Origin: a virus
Taxonomy: Duplodnaviria; Caudoviricetes
Virus record (IMG/VR): IMGVR_UViG_3300017589_000080
Span: 1-64,000 of that record
Direction: 5' to 3' (one strand)
Length of the DNA: 64,000 nt
Each line of letters opens with the position of its first letter. Position 1 is the first letter of the stretch. Below the pieces are notes generated by a model. The model was not told the origin of the DNA. It saw nothing but the letters and a program-made list of their open reading frames with translations, and searched no databases. Shown in pieces: positions 1 through 7,759 of this stretch. The position numbers were made by a program, and so were the translations under genes.

Positions 1-1
1 T

Positions 2-163
2 AACACTGAACATGTTGAGATTACTGAGATACAATGTGGTTTCTATACAAGAGTCTATGATGGTTTGGTTGGAGATATAAATATCTCCTTCTTAAGAAGT
101 TATAACAAAAATGTTTTGGAAGCTACAACATGTAAACATGGTATGCATATAATAATACACTAA
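2..163 (+). CDS. 3' end of hypothetical protein (truncated by window edge)
   Basis: Frame 2 is open from the window start to TAA at 161-163 (NTEHVEITEIQCGFYTRVYDG...HIIIH), followed by the SD of the next gene. Confidence 0.6.
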   Translation, partial: NTEHVEITEIQCGFYTRVYDGLVGDINISFLRSYNKNVLEATTCKHGMHIIIH

Positions 164-176
164 GAGGAGAGTAATA

Positions 177-482
177 ATGTCAGAACCTATTAAGTACATG
201 GATATAAAAGAGTTTAGAGAAATGGGACTTTTGGTTGAACTCAATAGAACCTTTCTTCATCCATTAGGGTTAGCTCTTGAAGTTGTTGTTAACGATGATG
301 GCACTGAAACTATTGGTGGTATCTGGGATTCTAGAGACGATCCAGAAGGTTATCTGTATGGTAAGATTAATGAAGATAAAGTCAAACTCGCTAATGAGTT
401 CATAGCTAAAAAGCATGAAGAAAGAAGAAGAGAGATTGGGTTTGTTTATCAACCAACTGGAGTAGGGTTAGAGAAAGAATGA
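177..482 (+). CDS. hypothetical phage protein
   Basis: SD AGAGGAG then ATG; 101 aa; tight operon packing. Confidence 0.85.
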   Translation: MSEPIKYMDIKEFREMGLLVELNRTFLHPLGLALEVVVNDDGTETIGGIWDSRDDPEGYLYGKINEDKVKLANEFIAKKHEERRREIGFVYQPTGVGLEKE

Positions 483-488
483 GGGAAC

Positions 489-824
489 TTGGATTTGTTT
501 ATCAATAGTAAAAGAAAAAGAATGCTAAGGGAGTTGAATGAAATGGAAATCTCAAAAGTTTGTATGTTGGGTGGAACCCCAATAAAAGAAGGTGACATTG
601 TTGAATTAGTCTATGACGCAAATACAGATAGATCTTCTTCACATATAATGGAGAAGGTAGTTACTGGAAGAATAGTAGTCATAAAGACATGCGATGATGC
701 ATCTATTAAACTTGACAACAGCACATTATACAAATCAGACTGTATCTATGTCCAAATAAACAGTATCCTTGAAATTAAAAATCTTGGTGAATATTCTGCA
801 TGGAGGAAAGAAAATGAAAAATAG
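489..824 (+). CDS. hypothetical protein
   Basis: TTG start after GAGGGA; 111 aa; overlaps next gene. Confidence 0.75.
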   Translation: MDLFINSKRKRMLRELNEMEISKVCMLGGTPIKEGDIVELVYDANTDRSSSHIMEKVVTGRIVVIKTCDDASIKLDNSTLYKSDCIYVQINSILEIKNLGEYSAWRKENEK

Positions 825-1128
825 ATTAACAAAAGCATCCTGTCTTAACTGTGATAACTGCAGTCTGGAATACGAATTCTGTATTGATCAAGAGAAGATT
901 TGTGATGTAATCAGCAAATTAAAATGGTATGAAGACTTAGAATCTAAAGGGTTGTTAACGGTAATGACTTTAGACAAGGAAGAAAAGACAAAACCTGAAG
1001 GTCCACCACCAATAACAATAAATGAAGATTTCGGATATACAGTTAAGGAAGAAAAGATACCTGATGAAACACTCAAGACAATACTAATCTTAGGCAAAGA
1101 GGAGCAACAAAATGGAGTCAGTAAATAG
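814..1128 (+). CDS. hypothetical protein with Cys cluster (CLNCDNC...C...C)
   Basis: SD GGAGG at ~802 supports ATG 814 rather than the track start 769. Confidence 0.7.
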   Translation: MKNRLTKASCLNCDNCSLEYEFCIDQEKICDVISKLKWYEDLESKGLLTVMTLDKEEKTKPEGPPPITINEDFGYTVKEEKIPDETLKTILILGKEEQQNGVSK

Positions 1129-1414
1129 TACCCAGTTCTATGAAGAGCTAAGTAATAACAAGTTAGTGTGTGCAGTTTTCTCAGCAACATGGTGTAATCC
1201 ATGTAAGGCATTAACGGAGACCATTGGAACCATCAACAGTACAGATACAAAAGCCAAATTCATAAAGATGGATATCGAAGATAATCCATTAGCACAAGAA
1301 TTTGGAGTAAGATCTGTTCCAACAATGAAGATCTTTAAGAATGGTGAGCTGGTTGACAGCATCGTTGGGTTAAAATCTAAGTCAGAGCTAATCTCTATCT
1401 TAAACAATATGTGA
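1112..1414 (+). CDS. trxA: thioredoxin
   Basis: FSATWCNPC active site, cis-Pro motif GVRSVPT, FKNGE...GLKSK; 100 aa. Confidence 0.95.
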   Translation: MESVNSTQFYEELSNNKLVCAVFSATWCNPCKALTETIGTINSTDTKAKFIKMDIEDNPLAQEFGVRSVPTMKIFKNGELVDSIVGLKSKSELISILNNM

Positions 1415-1415
1415 T

Positions 1416-1631
1416 ATGGCTAATACAATAACAACTCGATGTCCTTATTGTGGAAATATAACGAACCATCAGTATCAGAGAAATGGAGAGGTAATTGGTT
1501 GTTCTCTCTGTATCTCAAGTTCTTATGCTGCATACAATAACTCAAGTTCAAATAATAATTATATTGACATGGTGAGTATTACAGATAATAAGACTGTTCC
1601 ATATGACACTAACTTCAAGAAGAAGTTGTAA
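1416..1631 (+). CDS. small zinc-ribbon protein
   Basis: CPYCG and CSLC pairs; abuts the thioredoxin stop. Confidence 0.6.
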   Translation: MANTITTRCPYCGNITNHQYQRNGEVIGCSLCISSSYAAYNNSSSNNNYIDMVSITDNKTVPYDTNFKKKL

Positions 1632-1661
1632 ATAATCTTACATAAGAGGAGAAAAGAAGAT

Positions 1662-1925
1662 ATGGCTAAGAAGTTGCAGAAGGTACATTCAATTCATGAG
1701 ATTGAAACAATTAAAACCTATGATGTAGAAAGCTCCAATGTTGCCTGTGTTGGCTACTCTGAAGGCTTTCTAAAAGTAATTTATAGGAACAGTCCTGGAA
1801 TTTATGTTTACATTGGGGTTGAAGAAAATGTTTACTCTGAACTTTACATGAATAATATTGGTGGTTCTGTTGGAAGTTATATCAACAAGAATATAAAACC
1901 AAATTATTTCTGTATTAAGATGTAG
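1662..1925 (+). CDS. KTSC domain protein
   Basis: VESSNVACVGY...LKVIY...YVYIGV...VYSEL...SVGSYINKNIKPNY fits the KTSC pattern; SD GAGGAG. Confidence 0.85.
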   Translation: MAKKLQKVHSIHEIETIKTYDVESSNVACVGYSEGFLKVIYRNSPGIYVYIGVEENVYSELYMNNIGGSVGSYINKNIKPNYFCIKM

Positions 1926-1939
1926 GAAGGAGTAAAACT

Positions 1940-2359
1940 TTGGATAAAGAACTCTTAATGGAAATAATAGACATTGGTATAAATTCAGATCTTAGCTATC
2001 TTGGTGTCTTGGTAGAGACAGTTGGTAGTCCTAACAAGGAGCTGATAATGAATTCTTTCAGCAGTTTTGAATTTAAGAAAGATTATTACAACAAAGCTTA
2101 TAATGATAATCTTGAATTAAACAGTTTTAATGGTATTAGAATTGTAGACGCATATGTTTCAGATAGTACACAAGAAATTGCTGATGCTTTGACATCTGAA
2201 TTTTGGGAACATAAAGACAAATGTTGTAACTGTGATTTTTATGACAATCTCTACAACAACCCAACAGATAAATCTGAAGGATACTGTAGAAACATGTGTA
2301 CGAAAAAGAAATATAATTCTAATTGTTCAGGTTATAAGAAAAGGATGGTAAAGAAATGA
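1940..2359 (+). CDS. hypothetical phage protein with Cys-rich C-terminus
   Basis: SD AGGAAGGAG, TTG start; 139 aa. Confidence 0.8.
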   Translation: MDKELLMEIIDIGINSDLSYLGVLVETVGSPNKELIMNSFSSFEFKKDYYNKAYNDNLELNSFNGIRIVDAYVSDSTQEIADALTSEFWEHKDKCCNCDFYDNLYNNPTDKSEGYCRNMCTKKKYNSNCSGYKKRMVKK

Positions 2360-2619
2360 AATTAAATTTTGGTCAAGCATTCAGTGCTCTTAAAGAAGCT
2401 AATTGTTGTATGAGACTTCCAAAGTGGAGTACAGATGTAGTAATTAAGATGCAGATACCTGACGAGAACTCAAAAATGTCAGCTCCATATTTGTATGTTG
2501 AAAGTAGATATGGCAGAGTTCCATGGATGCCAACAGTTATCGAATTATTCTCAGAAGACTGGGAAATACGATATATCTTAGAGCCAGCAAAGATGTCTGT
2601 AACAGAGGTAGGTAAATAA
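2356..2619 (+). CDS. tad2: DUF2829 / Tad2-like signal-sequestering anti-defence protein
   Basis: NFGQA..ALK...R..W...PYLY...VPW.P...ELFSEDW matches the DUF2829/Tad2 signature as recalled; ATGA overlap with the upstream gene. Confidence 0.75.
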   Translation: MKLNFGQAFSALKEANCCMRLPKWSTDVVIKMQIPDENSKMSAPYLYVESRYGRVPWMPTVIELFSEDWEIRYILEPAKMSVTEVGK

Positions 2620-2937
2620 ATGACACTCCCATTAGAAGTTATCTTAATAGGGTTAGTAATTACAGTCTGTCAGATCTTACTGTTCTTACTTATGTACCTG
2701 TTGCTTAATAAGAAGATAACTCATAGTTCTGCGTCAAGATGTAATTTACAAGAGAAGCATGCTGAGATCTTAGATGCTGTAAGCAACTCAATTATTGATC
2801 TAAAGAAAGAGTTTGATGATGCTGACAAAAAATGTTCAAGTGACTTAAAAACTTTATCTGACCACTTGTTGGTCTTAGAATCAAATATGAACCTAGTTAA
2901 AACAAATGTTAACAATGACAATTTCCTTAATTTATAA
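2620..2937 (+). CDS. membrane-anchored coiled-coil protein
   Basis: N-terminal hydrophobic run VILIGLVITVCQILLFLLMYLLL followed by a heptad-like region. Confidence 0.7.
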   Translation: MTLPLEVILIGLVITVCQILLFLLMYLLLNKKITHSSASRCNLQEKHAEILDAVSNSIIDLKKEFDDADKKCSSDLKTLSDHLLVLESNMNLVKTNVNNDNFLNL

Positions 2938-2946
2938 TGATTAAAT

Positions 2947-2996
2947 AGTGCGAACCCTTTATTGATAGTAATATCTTTAGGTGGTTCGCACTTTTA
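2947..2996 (+). terminator. intrinsic terminator
   Basis: AGTGCGAACC pairs with GGTTCGCACT, followed by TTT; long loop; lies just after the stop at 2937. Confidence 0.7.
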
Positions 2997-3014
2997 CATA
3001 ACTGTAGAAGTCGT

Positions 3015-3049
3015 ACCTGAATTGTTAAAAGGAGGTCGTTATTTGACCT
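3015..3049 (+). promoter_or_regulatory. conserved 35-bp element B, copy 1
   Basis: ACCTGAATTGTTAAAAGGAGGTCGTTATTTGACCT; 31/35 identical to 34373-34407. Confidence 0.75.
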
Positions 3050-3066
3050 CAGAAGGGAAATAAAGC

Positions 3067-3204
3067 ATGCCTACTAACACTGGTAGTATTGGTCAGTTCA
3101 AAAGGTCTCCAACAACCTCTAAGCCTTCAAATAATACTAAAACACAACCAAAGAGCAATGGAGATAAAAGTTCTTTGAATAAAATGAAAAATAAGAAAAA
3201 GTAA
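3067..3204 (+). CDS. small basic protein (45 aa, MPTNTGSIGQFKRS...KMKNKKK)
   Basis: Below the ORF-track cutoff; purine-rich GAAGGGA upstream; open to TAA 3202-3204. Confidence 0.5.
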   Translation: MPTNTGSIGQFKRSPTTSKPSNNTKTQPKSNGDKSSLNKMKNKKK

Positions 3205-3259
3205 GATGTTCTATTATATCAACAGCGTTGTTACTCTTATAAGTAACAAGTATCTAAAA
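3205..3259 (+). promoter_or_regulatory. conserved intergenic element A, copy 1 (divergent)
   Basis: GATGTTCTATT...AGCGTTGTTACTCTTATAAGT..AAGTATCTAAAA; aligns with copies at 6688, 8463 and 11909. Confidence 0.65.
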
Positions 3260-3290
3260 ACAGTTTAACAAAATAGAAAGTGAGACTAAA

Positions 3291-3665
3291 ATGATAAAAG
3301 TAACAGAATCAACACAAGGGTCTGAAAATTATAACTTTAATATAGGCAAGTACTTTAAGCCATCTGATGATCTATCACAACAAGGTGAGGTGCTCCCTTT
3401 AATAGATGGTAAGTATAAACCATTAGTCTATGAAGAAGACTTTTTAATGGTAACCTTATATGGCGGATCAAGTGCTGGCATGGTAGAAGTAATAGTTGAC
3501 AGAATAAGTGAAGATGATACAGAGTATGGAACTGGTGGTAAATCTATTCCAGTAGCGAAAGCACTTAAGTTCTTTAATGAATTTATTGCAAGATATGAAG
3601 ACAATCCTGAAGATGATGAATTGATTGAAACACTAACTTTTACAGATTTCTTAAAGGAGATATAA
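3291..3665 (+). CDS. putative internal head protein, leader MIKVTE
   Basis: Shared leader; paralogous to the C-terminal half of 7760..8455. Confidence 0.75.
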   Translation: MIKVTESTQGSENYNFNIGKYFKPSDDLSQQGEVLPLIDGKYKPLVYEEDFLMVTLYGGSSAGMVEVIVDRISEDDTEYGTGGKSIPVAKALKFFNEFIARYEDNPEDDELIETLTFTDFLKEI

Positions 3666-3666
3666 A

Positions 3667-4014
3667 ATGATAAAAGTAACAGAAGGATTAACAGGAAAAT
3701 TAACAGATGCAACTGACCTTGATCGACAGTTGTGGGATGCAAATGATTTGCCTTCTGGCAGACCTGCTCAAATCTATGAAGGAAAACGATTTACAGTAAT
3801 TGTATCTACAGAAGAAGGTGTTGGAGACGACTCTGATGTAATTGTTGTATATGCCAGTGATGATCTTGGTGAAGAAGGTTATGCCTTTGGAACTAAAGAA
3901 TTTGGACTTCATGATGAAAAGAAAGCATTGTTGCTTGGATCTAAGATAGCTGAGATGGCTGATAATACAGAGATTGACCACAAACAAATGAATAAAATGT
4001 TTAGACTTTCATAA
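3667..4014 (+). CDS. putative internal head protein, leader MIKVTE
   Basis: Same 22-bp start junction as 3291 and 6758; acidic. Confidence 0.75.
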   Translation: MIKVTEGLTGKLTDATDLDRQLWDANDLPSGRPAQIYEGKRFTVIVSTEEGVGDDSDVIVVYASDDLGEEGYAFGTKEFGLHDEKKALLLGSKIAEMADNTEIDHKQMNKMFRLS

Positions 4015-4042
4015 AATAAATTAAAATTTAAGGAGAAACAAA

Positions 4043-4417
4043 ATGATAAAAAGAGTTAACGAAGCAATTGGTTCTGGAGAACAAGTAAAGTATCCTATAG
4101 ATATTGCACCCTTTCATTCGTTCACTAAGAGTGATCAAATGGGATACCCTGATGCAGGAGGTATTCTTGTAGGTGGGTCAGAATTACCTCCAATAGTCTA
4201 CTATGGCGATGACATGGAAATACTGATTTGTCAAGACTATGATGACAAGTTCAAATGTTGTATGGAAGTACAATTAGAAGAAGATATCTATAGCACAAAT
4301 AATAAAGGAATTCAATTTAAACTAGCAATGTCAATTGCTAAAAAGCTAATTAACATAACAGACTATGAAGACTTAATGGGAGCTCTAGAAAGTTCACGTT
4401 ATCTTGTATTGATGTAA
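4043..4417 (+). CDS. putative internal head protein, leader MIKRVNE
   Basis: SD AAGGAG; leader variant. Confidence 0.7.
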   Translation: MIKRVNEAIGSGEQVKYPIDIAPFHSFTKSDQMGYPDAGGILVGGSELPPIVYYGDDMEILICQDYDDKFKCCMEVQLEEDIYSTNNKGIQFKLAMSIAKKLINITDYEDLMGALESSRYLVLM

Positions 4418-4617
4418 TGGTTAAGGTAGTTGAAAGAAAGCAAGTAACTCATAAACCATTAAACCCTAAGCAGAAGAGACTAATTAGAAAGTTAATCTAT
4501 GGAGACTTTGATGAGATGGTTTATGAGTTACAAGGTACAAGCCTTGAATGGATAATAGATGAAGCCAATTATGACTATGATGAAATTATCTACACAATGC
4601 AAGACTTATTAAGATAA
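4417..4617 (+). CDS. putative internal head protein, leader MVKVVE
   Basis: TAATG coupling; leader variant; acidic C-terminal half. Confidence 0.65.
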   Translation: MVKVVERKQVTHKPLNPKQKRLIRKLIYGDFDEMVYELQGTSLEWIIDEANYDYDEIIYTMQDLLR

Positions 4618-4629
4618 AGGAGAATAAGA

Positions 4630-4929
4630 ATGTATAAAGATCTTATACAAGAAATAAAGGACACAACTTTCCTAAGTGATTATGACTACACTGTTAAAGG
4701 CAACAAACTAATCATAACTCTTGGAGAATATGTAACAACTGAACTCGTTATTGATTTAGAGAATCTTGAAGACAGCATCATAAACTCAAGTTTTGTATAT
4801 CCTGCATTGGAACTAAACAATAATGGAATTGGTGAGTACTTCGACATTGGAAGTGAAATAACCAACACAGCAGGACTAATAAAAGATTTATTCAGTGAGA
4901 TAAAATATATCATAGAAGAATCTGAGTAA
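4630..4929 (+). CDS. acidic hypothetical protein (no clear leader)
   Basis: SD AAGGAG; 99 aa, D/E-rich. Confidence 0.75.
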   Translation: MYKDLIQEIKDTTFLSDYDYTVKGNKLIITLGEYVTTELVIDLENLEDSIINSSFVYPALELNNNGIGEYFDIGSEITNTAGLIKDLFSEIKYIIEESE

Positions 4930-4942
4930 AGGAGAAACTAAA

Positions 4943-5371
4943 ATGATTAAAATTACAAACACAGGATTTGAAGGACGAGAAGAAGCTCTTGGTATGTTGA
5001 GAGAGTTTAATTATGAACTCCGAGACGTTATCGATGACATCTATGAAAAGCTTGTTGACAACGATGATAAATTCCCAAACATAAATGCTGCAATGCATGG
5101 TGAACATGGTGTTAGAAATGGCTGGGATGATGAAGTTAATGATGCTTGCAAAGATATTGCTGAACAGGTGTTAGAAGCAATCTACAATGGCGATCCAGAT
5201 TTTGAGTATGGTGGCTTTGGAGAGATTGTTGACCGTCTTATAAATGAAGATGAGTCTGGGATAGTCAGTGACTTAGAGTATTCTATGTCTGAAGCTGGAG
5301 AACAGGAACAAAAAGAATATGAAGATGAGATGGCTGACTTAAACCATTATTATAACAGTACGAGGTTATAA
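4943..5371 (+). CDS. very acidic protein, leader variant MIKITN
   Basis: SD AAGGAG; strongly D/E-rich. Confidence 0.75.
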   Translation: MIKITNTGFEGREEALGMLREFNYELRDVIDDIYEKLVDNDDKFPNINAAMHGEHGVRNGWDDEVNDACKDIAEQVLEAIYNGDPDFEYGGFGEIVDRLINEDESGIVSDLEYSMSEAGEQEQKEYEDEMADLNHYYNSTRL

Positions 5372-5372
5372 G

Positions 5373-5810
5373 ATGATAAAGATAACTGAAAGTAGTTTCT
5401 CTGTTGGGAGACTTATTCCATTAAGCTTTATTCTTGAACTAATGGAAACCAAGACAGATATCTACAAACACATAAAAAAGAATTACGAGTCAATGGTAGA
5501 AGCTAATACAGATCTATCAATGGCTATTAACTCATGTGTAAGAAGAGGTTCACCAGCCAGACCAGTCTTCAAAGATATGGTAACAGAAGATAAGAAGTTA
5601 TCTCCAGAAAAGAACCTTGTTATAGAAATTAATAATAAGTTCTATGTTATCGAAAAAGATATGTTTGTTGAGAAGTATTCAGCAAGAGATATCATTTCAG
5701 ACTCAGTTATTCCAGATGTTAAAAGATCACCATCTGATAAATACTTCCAGATAATAGACTTATTTAAAGAGAAATATCTGGACAGTCTGGAAAAGAGATA
5801 TACAAAATGA
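5373..5810 (+). CDS. putative internal head protein, leader MIKITE
   Basis: Leader; 145 aa. Confidence 0.7.
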   Translation: MIKITESSFSVGRLIPLSFILELMETKTDIYKHIKKNYESMVEANTDLSMAINSCVRRGSPARPVFKDMVTEDKKLSPEKNLVIEINNKFYVIEKDMFVEKYSARDIISDSVIPDVKRSPSDKYFQIIDLFKEKYLDSLEKRYTK

Positions 5811-6136
5811 TAAGAATATTTGAAGATCTGGAAGTTAATGCATCTGGAAACAATAAAGCTCTTAAAGTTTACAATAACATACTTAGAGTTATAAAAGATA
5901 AAGAAGCAGAGATTGAAGAAGTATCTAATGTTCATACAATTCCTCTTAGCAAAACGAAGGATGGTAAACTTAACATCACATTTGATTATGACTATGATTA
6001 TACTATTCAGATAAACATAGTTAGTGAAGATGAGATAGAGTTAATTTGTCCTAAGGATATGGAAGATGGAACTTTCGATTTAATCTCTGGCGAATATCCA
6101 GAGTATATAAAGAAGATAAAAACCATTACAACATAG
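5807..6136 (+). CDS. putative internal head protein, leader MIRIFE
   Basis: Leader; ATGA overlap. Confidence 0.7.
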   Translation: MIRIFEDLEVNASGNNKALKVYNNILRVIKDKEAEIEEVSNVHTIPLSKTKDGKLNITFDYDYDYTIQINIVSEDEIELICPKDMEDGTFDLISGEYPEYIKKIKTITT

Positions 6137-6150
6137 GAAGGAGAACATAA

Positions 6151-6687
6151 ATGATAAGAATACTTGAAGAACTTGAACTTCCAACAGCTGATCAAGAATT
6201 TACAAGCTCAGAGACAAGCATTAACTCATCAAGATTACCAGCAGTCTTTAAGAAGATACACTTTAATCCTGGAGATATGAATTTGGATTATGGTGGTGGG
6301 AAATTTGATAATGTTGCTGAGTATCTTGAAGAATTTGAAGTTGTTAACTTAGTTTATGACCCATTCAATAGACCATACAAACATAACAGCACTGTCCTTA
6401 AGATGGTAGATGAGAATGGTGGTGCAGACTCTGTAACATGCTCTAATGTTCTGAATGTCATTAAAGAAGAACAAGCAAGAGAAGTCGTTATTAAAAACTG
6501 TTACGACTTGTTAAAGTCTGGTCGCCGAGCATACTTTACAGTTTATGAAGGTAATAGATCTGGAGAAGGCAAGCCAAGCAACAAAGGTTTTCAGTTAAAT
6601 AAGAAGACTGAAGAATATCTCGACGAAATTTCTCAAGTTTTCAGCAGCATCTCTTTAAAAAATAAAGTAATAATTGCTGGAAAGTAA
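6151..6687 (+). CDS. class I SAM-dependent methyltransferase with leader MIRILE
   Basis: Motif I MNLDYGGGK, VYDP, ADSVTCSNVLNVI, then R..VIKNCYDLLK.G..AYFTV. Confidence 0.85.
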   Translation: MIRILEELELPTADQEFTSSETSINSSRLPAVFKKIHFNPGDMNLDYGGGKFDNVAEYLEEFEVVNLVYDPFNRPYKHNSTVLKMVDENGGADSVTCSNVLNVIKEEQAREVVIKNCYDLLKSGRRAYFTVYEGNRSGEGKPSNKGFQLNKKTEEYLDEISQVFSSISLKNKVIIAGK

Positions 6688-6744
6688 GATGTTTCTATTT
6701 GAAGCTAACGTTGTTAATTATGTAAGTCGAAAATAATACTTAAA
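6688..6744 (+). promoter_or_regulatory. conserved intergenic element A, copy 2
   Basis: GATGTTTCTATTTGAAGCTAACGTTGTTAATTATGTAAGTCGAAAATAATACTTAAA. Confidence 0.8.
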
Positions 6745-6757
6745 AGGAGAAATTAAA

Positions 6758-7039
6758 ATGATAAAAGTAACAGAAAAATGGATGGATAATGATACTAAAC
6801 TCTCATCAAGAGAAACTGCTCTGGTGACAAGAGTACATGGTAAAGTAACCATTGGCAAGATATTAAGCACTAAAAATTACACAGACGAGTACTATTGGAC
6901 AAATGTGTTTGATACTTATAGAGAGTTTAATCCATGGATTACTATTGAAGGTGCTGAATTAATGGCAATAGAGATGGTAAAACGGATTAACAAAGATCTA
7001 GAAAACCATTACAATGATCCAATGACTTCGATGTCTTAA
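6758..7039 (+). CDS. putative internal head protein, leader MIKVTE
   Basis: SD AAGGAG; identical 22-bp junction. Confidence 0.75.
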   Translation: MIKVTEKWMDNDTKLSSRETALVTRVHGKVTIGKILSTKNYTDEYYWTNVFDTYREFNPWITIEGAELMAIEMVKRINKDLENHYNDPMTSMS

Positions 7040-7049
7040 GGAGAAAGAA

Positions 7050-7376
7050 ATGATAGATGTAAGAGAAATAAGTTATTCAGACTTTAAAGGTCGGATAGAT
7101 CTTGATAAAGCATTCAATGAGTGCAACCGAATTATCAGGATACATGACAAGCATACAGAAGGAGTAGAATTTAGCTCAGAATGGGATGATGATTTTCCAT
7201 CTTTTGTTATCTGTGCTGTTGGCGGAAGATATGATGGTGTAAGATTAGTACAAGTTACTAACAACTCTTCAAGAGGACTTGATATAAGAGAACTGGTTTT
7301 TGCAGACCATAAAGACAGAAGACTTATTGGTATTGAAAAATTAATGGTAAAAGCTCTCTTAGGACTGGAGAAATAA
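7050..7376 (+). CDS. putative internal head protein, leader variant MIDVRE
   Basis: SD AAGGAG; leader variant. Confidence 0.65.
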   Translation: MIDVREISYSDFKGRIDLDKAFNECNRIIRIHDKHTEGVEFSSEWDDDFPSFVICAVGGRYDGVRLVQVTNNSSRGLDIRELVFADHKDRRLIGIEKLMVKALLGLEK

Positions 7377-7378
7377 TA

Positions 7379-7735
7379 ATGATAAGAATTAATGAATCTG
7401 ACAGTAAGGTGTTCACTGATCCTAAGATGGATAAATTACGGAAGATTATAATTACTAACGGAGAATTATCTGACAAAGGTAATTACACCTTAGATGGTGC
7501 ATTAATGGCATGGTATTCTCCATCAAAAGGAGAAATTGTGGTGATGGATCCAATGTGGGGATACCCAAGATATGTTTATGATGGATCTAAGTTTTACAAG
7601 AAAGCATCTGGTGGTGGTACTGCAACACTTCAGAGAGCAACCTTAATAAAGAACGTGATACAACAGATACGTTATGGCAGGTATGCTAAACTTGATGAAT
7701 TTGATGAAGAAGGTAATGTCATCCAACAATCATAA
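7379..7735 (+). CDS. putative internal head protein, leader MIRINE
   Basis: Leader; 118 aa. Confidence 0.7.
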   Translation: MIRINESDSKVFTDPKMDKLRKIIITNGELSDKGNYTLDGALMAWYSPSKGEIVVMDPMWGYPRYVYDGSKFYKKASGGGTATLQRATLIKNVIQQIRYGRYAKLDEFDEEGNVIQQS

Positions 7736-7759
7736 AAATTTGAATGGAGAAATAAAGAA

